A stretch of 64,000 nucleotides of DNA from a virus. Positions 1 to 9,568 of the stretch are shown piece after piece (position 1 is the first letter of the stretch; every line of letters begins with the position of its first letter). The notes beneath the pieces were generated by a model. The model was not told the origin of the DNA and did no database searches. It was given only the letters and a program-made list of their open reading frames with translations. Both the position numbers and the translations under genes were made by a program. The DNA is taken from the IMG/VR virus record IMGVR_UViG_3300033149_006617, positions 3,756-67,755 of that record, one strand, 5' to 3'.

Positions 1-15
1 CAATACTGTAACGAT

Positions 16-555
16 GTGATGCTTGTGCCTGATTTGGCATTTCTATCTGATAGGATACAGCGTGATTCCACGGGCAAAATAGGGATATTGGTGGGAAAAC
101 CCATCCCAGGGCAATTACCAGAAATGATCGCGCAGATTTCGGGTAAAGATATAGTGTTATTTACACACAGTGAGTTTGACCTCTATCGAAATGTGTGGAG
201 CGATGTAGCGGAGGTTTTACAGCCTACTAACATTGACGAATTGGCAGAGATATACGCCACTTGCGATGCAATTGTAGGCCATCGCTACCATAACGGTATA
301 TTGGCATTAGTTCATAGGAAACCTTTTGTATGGGTTATACGTAATATAAAGACTGGTGCATTTGCAGATACTTGGCCTGTGCTTACAGACCATATTGTAC
401 CCAGAGGGGATATGACTATTGACGAATGGGCTGAACAAATTGTGGCGCGTGTCAGCACGCCATTGTCGAGGTACGAAATGTCATTTGCGGATATGCGCAA
501 ACATGAAATAAGGAACAAAATGGCGGCATTATTGGAGAGGAGATTGTCAAAATGA
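16..555 (+). CDS. Polysaccharide pyruvyl transferase-like protein (probably 5' truncated by the window edge)
   Basis: Motifs 'VPDLAF' and 'CDAIVGHRYHNGILALVHRKP' resemble the C-terminal half of the PS_pyruv_trans family. Confidence 0.7.
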   Translation: MMLVPDLAFLSDRIQRDSTGKIGILVGKPIPGQLPEMIAQISGKDIVLFTHSEFDLYRNVWSDVAEVLQPTNIDELAEIYATCDAIVGHRYHNGILALVHRKPFVWVIRNIKTGAFADTWPVLTDHIVPRGDMTIDEWAEQIVARVSTPLSRYEMSFADMRKHEIRNKMAALLERRLSK

Positions 556-1553
556 CTATATTGATAACTGGCGGATGTGGATTTTTGGGGCACCACTTGG
601 TAGAACATGTACTTAAAAATACCGATTGGGATGTAATAATTTTCGATAAGTTGACCTACGCTAGCAGCGGGTATGACAGGCTGAGGGATATTAATGTGTT
701 TGACGACCGGCGGGTAAGGTGTTTTGATGTTGATATAACTCAGCCCATATCAGAGGGGATAGGAAAAGAAACACCACACGTGGATTATATTGTTCATGCT
801 GCTGCAGAAACACATGTGGATAGAAGCATTGAAGATCCTATACCGTTTGTTATGACGAATGTCGTAGGGACGACTAATATGCTTCAGTTTGCCCGTTTGT
901 TGCCGGATTTAAAATGGTTTCATTACTTCTCTACTGATGAGGTATTTGGGCCAGCACCGTCGGGAGTGGCGTACAAGGAATGGGACAGATATAATTCCGG
1001 TAATCCATATGCAGCGTCAAAGGCAGGCGCGGAGGAAATAGTATTAGCGTTCGGCAATACATATAAGTTACCGATATTTGTGACCCATACCATGAATTTA
1101 TTTGGTGAACGGCAACATCCTGAGAAGTTCATTCCAAAGGTGATCCGTAGCGTTCTGAAAGGGGATGTAGTCACCATCCATGCTGACCCCACCAAGACCA
1201 AATCTGGAAGTCGCTTCTATTTACATTGTAGGAATGCCGCTGCTGCTACGTTGTTCCTATTAGAAAACGCCGAACAAAGGGACAAATACAACATAGTAGG
1301 AGAAAAGGAAGTCAGCAACCTTGAACTGGCGCAATTCATTGCAGATGTGCTTGGTAAACCATTGTCTTATAGACTTGTGGACTTCCATAGTAGCAGACCT
1401 GGCCATGACTTGAGGTATGCTCTGGACGGCAGTAAGTTGGCCAGTATGGGCTTCAGCTTTCCCAAAACGTTTGAGGAAAGTTTAGAAAAAACTATATTGT
1501 GGACGATAGAGCACCTAGAGTGGTTGGGGCCGAAGTGGGGAATACCCTTGTGA
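552..1553 (+). CDS. rfbB: dTDP-glucose 4,6-dehydratase
   Basis: GGCGFLG Rossmann motif, DKLTYA, HAAAETHVDRSI, STDEVFG, YAASK, PEKFIP, RPGHDLRYALD. Confidence 0.92.
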   Translation: MTILITGGCGFLGHHLVEHVLKNTDWDVIIFDKLTYASSGYDRLRDINVFDDRRVRCFDVDITQPISEGIGKETPHVDYIVHAAAETHVDRSIEDPIPFVMTNVVGTTNMLQFARLLPDLKWFHYFSTDEVFGPAPSGVAYKEWDRYNSGNPYAASKAGAEEIVLAFGNTYKLPIFVTHTMNLFGERQHPEKFIPKVIRSVLKGDVVTIHADPTKTKSGSRFYLHCRNAAAATLFLLENAEQRDKYNIVGEKEVSNLELAQFIADVLGKPLSYRLVDFHSSRPGHDLRYALDGSKLASMGFSFPKTFEESLEKTILWTIEHLEWLGPKWGIPL

Positions 1554-2767
1554 ATGCGTTATTTTATACCCACAACGATAGCGAGTGGTATGCATTCGCC
1601 GCAGTGAGCAAGGAATTAGAGCGGCGAGGGTGGCATACGGTAGCAATGACTATGTATGATAAGGATAAGGTCATACTTGCCCGTGAGCCTAAGAAGAGAT
1701 TAATTGGGGGCAAAGAATATGCCGTATGTCGGCCCCTCACTATCGGCGGAAAAATGAGCCGCATTTCACCCCGTATCGGAACAATGGCTGATATGGTGGT
1801 TGAATTCGGCCCTGGTGGCCCTACGGCAACGGAATTGTTTGACTTGGTGAAGCCTGATATATTGATATTGCGGACTGAACGAGGATTTATTTGGAGAGAA
1901 TTGGCGGAATTAGCCCGCAGGAAAGGTGTGCCGGTGGCGATAGTCGCATGCGCAATGTGTCATCTACCAGCATATACTGAAGGGCCGTTAGGCGGTGTTG
2001 CCCCATTCCTGGGTGATGTTCATTGTATAATAAGTCAAGGAGCCTATGATATATTGAAACATCGAGGTTATAAGTATTTGGATAAGGTAGTAGTAACCGG
2101 CACCGCAGTGCCGGAGGCTCCTTGGCTGGATGTGACGGGCAATCAATGGCAGCCAGATAAGGAAGCAGGCCCGATATTATTCACTGAGCAACATGATTTT
2201 CCGCCCGACCAAAAGGCCAGAATAAATATGCTCAAGGCGCTACATTCATTAGCATTGGCATTCCCAGATCGGCAAGTATTAGTGCGCCCTCACTTTGAAC
2301 GGGCATGGAACGATGAATTGGATTTGAACTTGATGCTGGAATACCCTGTAGGAATGCTTAAGTTACCGGCGGTGGCCCCTAACTTAGCAATGGCTAATCG
2401 AGGGGTGTGTATATTTGATGCGTGCAGAGCCGCCTGGCGGATGGTGACAGTAGCGTCGCTGTCATCGGTAGATGCCGCTGTATGTGGCACACCAGTTGTG
2501 AGTATGGGATGGTTGCATGACTTTCCTAGCCCCGAATATAAACCTACAGATGTAGGTGAACCAGCGGGGTCAACCTCGTATTGGCATAGACCATTGCAAT
2601 GGTTCTTTGATGAATCAGTGCCGGTAGCTATGTCGGTGGACGAGTTGATATATGATGTGGAGGAGGCTTCCCTTGGCCCGCGTTTTTTGGAGTATTATTG
2701 TGGGGTAGATGGTGAGCCTAGTTCGGTACGCATCGCAGACGTATTGGAGGACCTTGTGGATGCCTAG
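1550..2767 (+). CDS. Putative GT-B fold glycosyltransferase / capsule-biosynthesis-like protein
   Basis: KPDILIL, VVVTG, VLVRPH and 'SLSSVDAAVCGTPVV' resemble epimerase/sialyltransferase-like GT-B proteins; GTG start overlaps the rfbB stop; sits next to the cytidylyltransferase. Confidence 0.5.
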   Translation: MNALFYTHNDSEWYAFAAVSKELERRGWHTVAMTMYDKDKVILAREPKKRLIGGKEYAVCRPLTIGGKMSRISPRIGTMADMVVEFGPGGPTATELFDLVKPDILILRTERGFIWRELAELARRKGVPVAIVACAMCHLPAYTEGPLGGVAPFLGDVHCIISQGAYDILKHRGYKYLDKVVVTGTAVPEAPWLDVTGNQWQPDKEAGPILFTEQHDFPPDQKARINMLKALHSLALAFPDRQVLVRPHFERAWNDELDLNLMLEYPVGMLKLPAVAPNLAMANRGVCIFDACRAAWRMVTVASLSSVDAAVCGTPVVSMGWLHDFPSPEYKPTDVGEPAGSTSYWHRPLQWFFDESVPVAMSVDELIYDVEEASLGPRFLEYYCGVDGEPSSVRIADVLEDLVDA

Positions 2768-3542
2768 GCCAACGTTTGAGGAGCCACCTGAATCTGCAGA
2801 TTTGTCATCATCGCTCACTGTGGCGTTGGTGGTAGCACGGGCAGGCAGTAAATCCCTCCCTGGGAAGAATATTGTTCCTATACACGGTGTGCCGTCTGTA
2901 ATGTATGCAATAGAGGCGGCACTGAGGTGCAAATCCATAGATGAAGTTTGGATTAGCACCGATTGTAAGACGTGCATGTCATTGGCAAGGGAACGCGGTC
3001 TGGGTATCATATACAGGCCGATAGCCTATGCTAAGGATAATTCCAGCATACAGTTGGCATGGCTACACGCATTAGGATTGCTCAAAAAAATCGGGCGGAA
3101 GGTACAAACTATGGTCAGCCTCCAAGCGGATAGCCCTATCAGGGAAATAGACCTGCTCCAGCGGGCAATATTGGCTCATAGAAATAATGAAGATGGCCTT
3201 CCTGCGTTATCGGTATTGATTGACCGAGTGCATGTACCTGCATGGGCGATGACGATGATGGGTGATGGCACCATTGCGGCTGCTGAGTGCTATAAGAGTA
3301 GTCCTGACCATAATTCGTTCCCGCCTGGAATATGGCCAACAGGAGGTGTGGTTGTTTTTGACGCTAAGATAGCAGGGAAATCAATGGCTAATGGCCAGGG
3401 CTTGAGCGACTATTATGTGCCGATTGAGGTCCCCATCGCTGTGGATATTCACAGCAAGCATGACGTAGAATTGGCAGAGGCCATTCTGGATAAATGGCCA
3501 AACAAATTCATAACAATAAAGCATGGTGAGAATAATGACTAA
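2760..3542 (+). CDS. neuA: Acylneuraminate (CMP-nonulosonate) cytidylyltransferase family
   Basis: ARAGSKSLPGKNI, VWISTD, RP..A.D, LQADSPIR, VDIH motifs. Confidence 0.85.
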   Translation: MPRPTFEEPPESADLSSSLTVALVVARAGSKSLPGKNIVPIHGVPSVMYAIEAALRCKSIDEVWISTDCKTCMSLARERGLGIIYRPIAYAKDNSSIQLAWLHALGLLKKIGRKVQTMVSLQADSPIREIDLLQRAILAHRNNEDGLPALSVLIDRVHVPAWAMTMMGDGTIAAAECYKSSPDHNSFPPGIWPTGGVVVFDAKIAGKSMANGQGLSDYYVPIEVPIAVDIHSKHDVELAEAILDKWPNKFITIKHGENND

Positions 3543-5076
3543 AGCGACTGCGATAGCACGATACTTGAAGGAGAAGGGTGCACCTGTATTTACTCTTTTG
3601 GGCGCGACTATTTCACCCGTCCTTGCAGCGTTGGGTAGAGAGGCCGAGGAATTGGTAGTGCCGGTATGTAATGAGTTTACTGCTAGCACAGCGGCAGATG
3701 GCTATGCAAGGGCTTCGGGTGAGCCTGCGGTAGTCCTTGTATCTGGGGGGCCTGGCGCAGTTACAGCCGCTCCTGGCATAGCCGATGCCTATGAGTCAAG
3801 ATTTCCAATGGTAGTGCTGGTGGGGCAAGAACCTACTGAACATGATGGTAGGGAAGTAGTGCATCATTGTGAGCACATTAATATCTTCGAGCCGATAACT
3901 GTTGCACAATACATATTGACGCACAATGAAAGTGCTAGAGGGGTGCTGGATTGGGCATTTGAGCGGGTGATTAGGTCGCGTCAGGGACCGGTCCTGATTG
4001 AACTTCCCCGTGATGTACAGGAAAGCACGGAATGTCCTGCGTCACCAATCGTCCCTACATCGGAATGTTACTTTGATATAGATGTAAAGGAAGAACTTGG
4101 CGAGCTGGCTTCAATGATACGGCAAAGCCGAAAACCTGCTATTTTAGCGGGAGGAGGGATTGTATCTGCAAATGCGTGGCCATTCCTACGAAAATTCGCG
4201 GAGAAGATAGGGGCCGCAGTTTTACTGACGCATACTGCTAATGGAGTAATTCCTCCAGACCATCCTTGCTATGCTGGTATGGCTCCTATGCCACATGCCA
4301 GAGAGATATGGGAGAATGCGGATTTGCTTATTGCTATAGGGACGAGATTACCCAGCATGTGCACCAACAGTTGGCAATACCCCAGGCCACCTAAGGTGGT
4401 GCATATTGACGAGGACCATAACGTGCTTGGGACTGAGTATGAGCCTGATTTGACGATATGTGATGATGCATGGAACGTATTGTCAGATTTGGTGGGGAGA
4501 GATTATGGGGAACACGCTTTATGGCATGTACCGCCTGAATGCCCATTGGGCAGGGAAATGCGGTTGATCGCGGATGCATTGGAGGAAGAGGTCCCTCAGC
4601 AACGGGTGTTGGCATTAGGGCTGAATCGCGTAGGATCTGCCTTGCATGTATTGTGGAACAGGGCTAAGCGCCCTCGAAGGCTCATTAGAGTGAGTGGATT
4701 TGACCTGTTAGGGACGGCGTTTGGATTTGGTATAGGGGCATATTATGCCACAAAGGAACCTCCAGTTTGGGTGTCTGGCGACGGCGAATTTCTATTCAAT
4801 CTATCTGACCTTGGTACGATGCGCAGATTGCCTGTAGGTACTGTGGGTGTTATTGTGTGTAATGGGACGTATGAGGCCGTGAGGGAGTTTTCCATGCGGG
4901 CGCAAAATTCCGAGTTCTGTTGTAGGGTGCCCGCAGAAGATATACCTGCTATTTGCAGGGCGCTTGGCTTTGATGTAATCATGTCGAATTGTGACAGTTT
5001 TAGGATGGACTTGCGGCAGGCTCTTTCCGCAGATAGGCACACCATTATCTGCCTACAAATAAGCGGAGATGCATAA
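3535..5076 (+). CDS. Thiamine-diphosphate-dependent enzyme, acetolactate synthase-like
   Basis: NE..A...ADGYARASG, SGGPG, GPVLIELPRDVQ, ADLLIAIGTR, and a GDG..N ThDP-binding motif (SGDGEF...VCNG). Confidence 0.88.
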   Translation: MTKATAIARYLKEKGAPVFTLLGATISPVLAALGREAEELVVPVCNEFTASTAADGYARASGEPAVVLVSGGPGAVTAAPGIADAYESRFPMVVLVGQEPTEHDGREVVHHCEHINIFEPITVAQYILTHNESARGVLDWAFERVIRSRQGPVLIELPRDVQESTECPASPIVPTSECYFDIDVKEELGELASMIRQSRKPAILAGGGIVSANAWPFLRKFAEKIGAAVLLTHTANGVIPPDHPCYAGMAPMPHAREIWENADLLIAIGTRLPSMCTNSWQYPRPPKVVHIDEDHNVLGTEYEPDLTICDDAWNVLSDLVGRDYGEHALWHVPPECPLGREMRLIADALEEEVPQQRVLALGLNRVGSALHVLWNRAKRPRRLIRVSGFDLLGTAFGFGIGAYYATKEPPVWVSGDGEFLFNLSDLGTMRRLPVGTVGVIVCNGTYEAVREFSMRAQNSEFCCRVPAEDIPAICRALGFDVIMSNCDSFRMDLRQALSADRHTIICLQISGDA

Positions 5077-5097
5077 AATCATAGGAGGAAAAGTACA

Positions 5098-5349
5098 ATG
5101 AAGACGTTGAATGAAGCCATTGCAGAACATAATAACCTTCGCATGAGGCTACAACAGATAGATGCCGCCAGGCAGGAAGTTATAGCCAACATGTTGCGGC
5201 TTGAGGGACAAATTAGCCTCCTTGAGGAGCAGAAGGCTGAACAGGAGAAAGCGGCTGAAAAAGAAGCAACTGAAGGGAAAGCAGGAGAGGAAGAATCAAC
5301 AGGCGAGGAAAAACCGGCAGAAGAAGATACAACCCACGAGGATGAGTAG
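5098..5349 (+). CDS. Hypothetical coiled-coil protein with acidic tail
   Basis: AGGAGG SD upstream; heptad-like N-terminus. Confidence 0.6.
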   Translation: MKTLNEAIAEHNNLRMRLQQIDAARQEVIANMLRLEGQISLLEEQKAEQEKAAEKEATEGKAGEEESTGEEKPAEEDTTHEDE

Positions 5350-5351
5350 CC

Positions 5352-5924
5352 TTGGATTCTATCTTTAACTCTCTTCTTACCCATAACGTGCGTATCCTCC
5401 GCCCTGTGAGGCAGATAGGTAGTAGTCGGCGTATTGCCTATGCCGATTACCAAGATGTGTTTGGTGAGGATCAACAGGTATTGATACAGCCTCGTAGCAC
5501 GAGAGTTGATGGTACTCCATTAGGGCCGGAAAGTGATATGACAATTTTTATGTATACCAAGCCGACTCTTTATCTGCAACCTGATTGGGTCGTGCAGCAG
5601 ACCATCGCTTCTACTTCTGTTGCAGTAGCGTATTCCAAGGGTGATACAACCCTTATTGTCAACAATGCGTCATCGCTGAATATAGGAGATAAAATAATCA
5701 TTGGGGATACCTCTGCAGATGTAGCCAACGAGCATGTAATCGTGGACAAGTCCAATAATACATTGACTGTGGACCCGCCTTTGAAGGAAGACGGTACGGC
5801 GGGAACAGCAGTGAGGATCCTCAGGAGATACATTGTATCAGGTATATTTAGGGACGTTGCGGGGCAGGGCCATCATAATAAGTATAGATTGATTGAGCCC
5901 GAAACTGTGGCATTCGTGGGGTAG
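5352..5924 (+). CDS. Putative head-closure/head-tail adaptor with an inserted beta domain
   Basis: Position before the terminator and tail tube; C-terminal 'RYIVSGI..DVAGQGHH' resembles head-closure proteins. Confidence 0.55.
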   Translation: MDSIFNSLLTHNVRILRPVRQIGSSRRIAYADYQDVFGEDQQVLIQPRSTRVDGTPLGPESDMTIFMYTKPTLYLQPDWVVQQTIASTSVAVAYSKGDTTLIVNNASSLNIGDKIIIGDTSADVANEHVIVDKSNNTLTVDPPLKEDGTAGTAVRILRRYIVSGIFRDVAGQGHHNKYRLIEPETVAFVG

Positions 5925-6638
5925 ATGGTAATCATGGCCTACTCAACTAAGTTTGGTAACTTGAATGATATTATGACCTCGTTGGTGTGGTTGGTGCAAA
6001 GCGCCGTATTACTCAAGGAGGATTGCAATAAAAGTTCCACCGTCACCGTTGGTAGTAATGAATTATTCAAAGATGAAAATGATGCAGATGGATTCGTCGC
6101 CGAGGCAACAATAGAGGATGATAACGGCTCAGAGGATGTGACGATTTCGTCGTTGACGGGCTTAACCACGATTACTTTAGCGTCCCCAACCACAGGTGTA
6201 TATACAGTGAGCAATAACGCTAGGATAAGGCTCCGCACACCTATTCTAGATCTGGAGGATGACAGTGTTATCCCAACTTATGCCGTTGACGAGGACATTA
6301 TTGATTATGCCCCGATTGTAGCTATCACTGCCGACGAGATGAGAATTGAGCCGTATACAAATGTGGCGGGGTTACAGGTATATCCGTTTACTGTCTCTAT
6401 ATGGAGACGGCTTACAGAGGGTACCGACCCCCAGATTCAGGGAGGCAACGATATGGCGGCGTTGTTGGAGGTGTTGACGCGAGATGTCTACCTAAATGGT
6501 AATGCAGATGATGTGAATATAATAGATGCCGAAGGAGGGGATTGGCCTCTTGATTTCACTGAGGGTAAGCCCTTCACATGGGCATTTGTAGAGATAGTCG
6601 TTAATAAAGTTGACTTGTGGTATCGCCATAGGTCGTAG
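5925..6638 (+). CDS. Putative tail terminator/neck protein with an inserted beta domain
   Basis: Directly upstream of the tail tube gene; terminator-like C-half (PIVAI...D.YLNG.AD). Confidence 0.5.
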   Translation: MVIMAYSTKFGNLNDIMTSLVWLVQSAVLLKEDCNKSSTVTVGSNELFKDENDADGFVAEATIEDDNGSEDVTISSLTGLTTITLASPTTGVYTVSNNARIRLRTPILDLEDDSVIPTYAVDEDIIDYAPIVAITADEMRIEPYTNVAGLQVYPFTVSIWRRLTEGTDPQIQGGNDMAALLEVLTRDVYLNGNADDVNIIDAEGGDWPLDFTEGKPFTWAFVEIVVNKVDLWYRHRS

Positions 6639-6678
6639 TTGGTTGTAGTGGTATACCATACAATTTAGGAGAATTGAA

Positions 6679-7620
6679 ATGACTATTACCCTTCCACTCT
6701 CTAAATTTGGGTCGTTTGTGTTCGGGCTTAATTCTAGCCCCTACGCTATGGAGGACGACGCTACATGCACAGACAAGTTACCTCTTACCGAACCGGAAAG
6801 CCTCACCCGTAGGACTAATATCACGCCCTATGATACTGCGGATACGCGGGAATATGAAAGCGTGACCTATAGTGCGGGTGAATGGGCCGAGGGGTCAGTA
6901 TCACCAGGATTGATCCCAGGTTCGGTAACTAATCTCCTTTCATGGATTCAGGATAGGAACGATGACAACCAAGGAGTATTCGCCACATGTGCTGTAGACT
7001 TCGGGCATGGCGAATATAAAAAGATATACAATGCAAAGGTAAAAACTGCGGTGTTTACATTCCGCAAGGGTGAACCAGTGACTGTAAGGCTGGATATTGT
7101 CGGGCAGAGAATGGTTGACGCGGTTTATGTGGGTTCACCCGATATGCCGGTGCCATCACTATATCTTTTCAAAGAAGCCACCGTGGGGTACGGCTCCACA
7201 GGCGGGGCTTATCCCACAACTTATGATTTCGAGCAGATCGAAATCACTATAGATAATGGGGTAGAGGACCCTGCAGAGGGCTTGAGGCTGGCTCCTTATA
7301 ACTATCCTTATGTGATATACAATCTCTATGGCATGAGGATTACCGGAACAGCCCAGATGGATTTTGCCAACGTGGATGCATTCGATGCGTTTATGGCAAG
7401 TTACAGTGACATCGGCCCTCCGTCATCGTCAGATAGACAACTCAGGATAGCCCTCGCCAGAGGTGCGAATACCTGCACATTGACGCTACCTCGAATCCAA
7501 TTTGAGAATGTTACCCCTGCATTGGCAGGAGACCATAGTTCGAGAATAGTATTGCCGATTGAATTTCGCGGGCTGGCCGACGAGGCCACCGGAGCAACAG
7601 CGCCACTCACATTGGCGTAA
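6679..7620 (+). CDS. Major tail tube protein
   Basis: 313 aa, beta-rich; 'EITIDNG', 'RITGT..MDF', 'LTLPRIQF...P', 'IEFRGL' are typical of phage tail-tube proteins; synteny. Confidence 0.75.
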   Translation: MTITLPLSKFGSFVFGLNSSPYAMEDDATCTDKLPLTEPESLTRRTNITPYDTADTREYESVTYSAGEWAEGSVSPGLIPGSVTNLLSWIQDRNDDNQGVFATCAVDFGHGEYKKIYNAKVKTAVFTFRKGEPVTVRLDIVGQRMVDAVYVGSPDMPVPSLYLFKEATVGYGSTGGAYPTTYDFEQIEITIDNGVEDPAEGLRLAPYNYPYVIYNLYGMRITGTAQMDFANVDAFDAFMASYSDIGPPSSSDRQLRIALARGANTCTLTLPRIQFENVTPALAGDHSSRIVLPIEFRGLADEATGATAPLTLA

Positions 7621-7643
7621 AAATTACAGAGGAGAGAATAGAA

Positions 7644-7988
7644 ATGGAGAGGCAGATCGAGGACATTCAGACTGACAATCTGACGTTAGCCACAACCCTT
7701 CGTTGCTTGGGGGCGGAATTAATTGCTGTTATTCCACTTAGCCCCCAGCGGGCAGCCTGGAGGCTGCGTTGCGATATAACTCAAATAGAAGGGGGGCGGG
7801 ATGCCCTTCTGGATGCCGATAAGAATGATAAGTATGGATTTCATCGTTATGAGGCCAATCGTAGGAAGAATCTGGATGCCGCTAGAGCGGCATGTTCCAA
7901 TGTTTACAATGATGCCAAGATAGTCGCAGACGAAAAATTGGTGGATGAAAAAAACACCGAAGAGGAGCAGGATGAAGATGGATCTTGA
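7644..7988 (+). CDS. Hypothetical protein (DUF5659-like N-terminus)
   Basis: 'QTDNLTLATTLRCLG' resembles the T.D..LA.FL..G motif; SD present. Confidence 0.4.
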   Translation: MERQIEDIQTDNLTLATTLRCLGAELIAVIPLSPQRAAWRLRCDITQIEGGRDALLDADKNDKYGFHRYEANRRKNLDAARAACSNVYNDAKIVADEKLVDEKNTEEEQDEDGS

Positions 7989-8484
7989 AAAATTTATTGC
8001 CCCACCATTGGGCACAGAAAACGAGCCTGAGATAGTATGGCTCACCGATCCCGAAACGGGGGAAAAGGTAGAATTTGAGGGCTGGGAAGTACAACCTCAT
8101 ATTATGGTGAGAGAGCCATATTCCGATGAGGCCCTCAAATTCAACTCATTCCTGACTGCAGCCAAAGTCAATATAGATGAAAGCGGGGAAATCAAAACCG
8201 GCCAGGCCGAGATGACCATCAATGAGTGGCCCCTCCTTGAGGAGATTGCAAAGACCATTGTATTAAGTGGTGTATTGCCGGTCAAATCGGATAAGGAGGG
8301 GGAATTGGCAAAGCCGTTTGTATTCAAGAAAGAGGGACGGCGAGCTAACCATCAATTTATTTCCCTCCTGAAGAGAATAGGGCTTAAGCACCCTATTACC
8401 GAATGGTACAGGCGATTCTGCTGGGAACTTATCGTTCGGATTAATCCCAGTGACAAGGTGGTAGTTGAGGCAAAAAACTCCTAA
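7972..8484 (+). CDS. Tail assembly chaperone (gpG-like)
   Basis: Between tail tube and tape measure; ends in slippery heptamer A AAA AAC. Confidence 0.7.
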   Translation: MKMDLEKFIAPPLGTENEPEIVWLTDPETGEKVEFEGWEVQPHIMVREPYSDEALKFNSFLTAAKVNIDESGEIKTGQAEMTINEWPLLEEIAKTIVLSGVLPVKSDKEGELAKPFVFKKEGRRANHQFISLLKRIGLKHPITEWYRRFCWELIVRINPSDKVVVEAKNS

Positions 8485-8528
8485 GGGAAGTGGGGAAGTA
8501 TTCGCTAAGCGATATTCCCCCACTTCCC
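8472..8528 (+). other. Programmed -1 ribosomal frameshift signal
   Basis: A_AAA_AAC at 8472-8478 in the correct phase, 6-nt spacer, then hairpin GGGAAGTGGGG...CCCCACTTCCC (8485-8528); the next ORF is in the -1 frame. Confidence 0.8.
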
Positions 8529-8846
8529 TCCCTCCTCATTGAGTTGAGAACTCCTGAGCATCTTCCCCCAACATTTGTTGAGGGGAAGGATAGCAAGGAA
8601 AAACTAAGCCAAGTGAGAAGGGAAACCGAACTAACCCAGGATGATTTGGAGTTGTTGCAACTAGTCACCCATTATGTAAGGGAAATTCAATGGATTGAAT
8701 TTGCCAACGACCTGCCCGATGGGCTGCCAAGAAACAAGCAACCTTGGTTCCGCCCGATGTTTTGGGATGCCTATTTAGAGGGCAGGGCGGAAGCATTTGA
8801 TAAGCAACAAAGGGAAGTGACCTCCCATCATGGAGGAACCAAGTGA
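8490..8846 (+). CDS. Frameshift extension of the tail chaperone (gpT-like)
   Basis: Open -1 frame continuing from the slippery site. Confidence 0.65.
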   Translation: MGKYSLSDIPPLPSLLIELRTPEHLPPTFVEGKDSKEKLSQVRRETELTQDDLELLQLVTHYVREIQWIEFANDLPDGLPRNKQPWFRPMFWDAYLEGRAEAFDKQQREVTSHHGGTK

Positions 8847-9552
8847 ATTTATATTTCGGTGGACCGACGGCACTAGGCGGAGGATACGGTATCTCTTTGG
8901 GCTTAGTGATGGGGCTGGTAACTTTCTTGGCCGGATTTTTGAGCTGTGCAAGCCAGTTTGCCAGGGGATAGCATGGGATGTGATGAAGGAAATCAAGTCC
9001 AATATCCCGATATTTACGGGTTGGACTAGGCGGTCCGTGCGAATAATAAAGCAGAAGCTTAAGACCACTGGGCATTCCAAGAGCCCAAGGTACGTTGTAA
9101 CTTTATGGGGGGCCCTCCGGCGTTCAGATGGAGTGAATGTCGCCAAGATGATGGTAGATGGCATCAAGCCACATAAGGTGTCATTTGAGAACCCACACGT
9201 TCGCGATTGGTTTCGCCGGAAGAAAGGCTTCAAATTCTACAAAAGCACTACTGGAAAGTGGTACGGCGACCCGCTTAGTGGCAAGGTAAAAAAAGGCGGG
9301 GAATGGATAATAGCCAACAAAAGCATAGCCAAGAAGGCACAAAGAACAAAATTGTGGTGGAGTAAAATTACTGTATACAGAACAGGGATAGGGGGGAAGG
9401 GCCGAACATTTGGCAAGAGAAACATCTTCCCAAGCAGTACGTTTATCAATGCGCAAATGAACAAGTTAGGCAAAGAAGCCAGAAAGAAAATGGCAGAGGC
9501 ATGGAAGGAAGGAAATCGTTTCCCAAAGGGAGATAATGGCGGTTTTATTTGA
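8830..9552 (+). CDS. HK97 gp10-like neck/tail-completion protein (basic)
   Basis: 'IKSNIPIFTGWTRRSVR' resembles the gp10 P.DTG.LR.SI motif; 'DGIKPH'. Confidence 0.5.
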   Translation: MEEPSEFIFRWTDGTRRRIRYLFGLSDGAGNFLGRIFELCKPVCQGIAWDVMKEIKSNIPIFTGWTRRSVRIIKQKLKTTGHSKSPRYVVTLWGALRRSDGVNVAKMMVDGIKPHKVSFENPHVRDWFRRKKGFKFYKSTTGKWYGDPLSGKVKKGGEWIIANKSIAKKAQRTKLWWSKITVYRTGIGGKGRTFGKRNIFPSSTFINAQMNKLGKEARKKMAEAWKEGNRFPKGDNGGFI

Positions 9553-9568
9553 TAGGATGTGACTCAAT

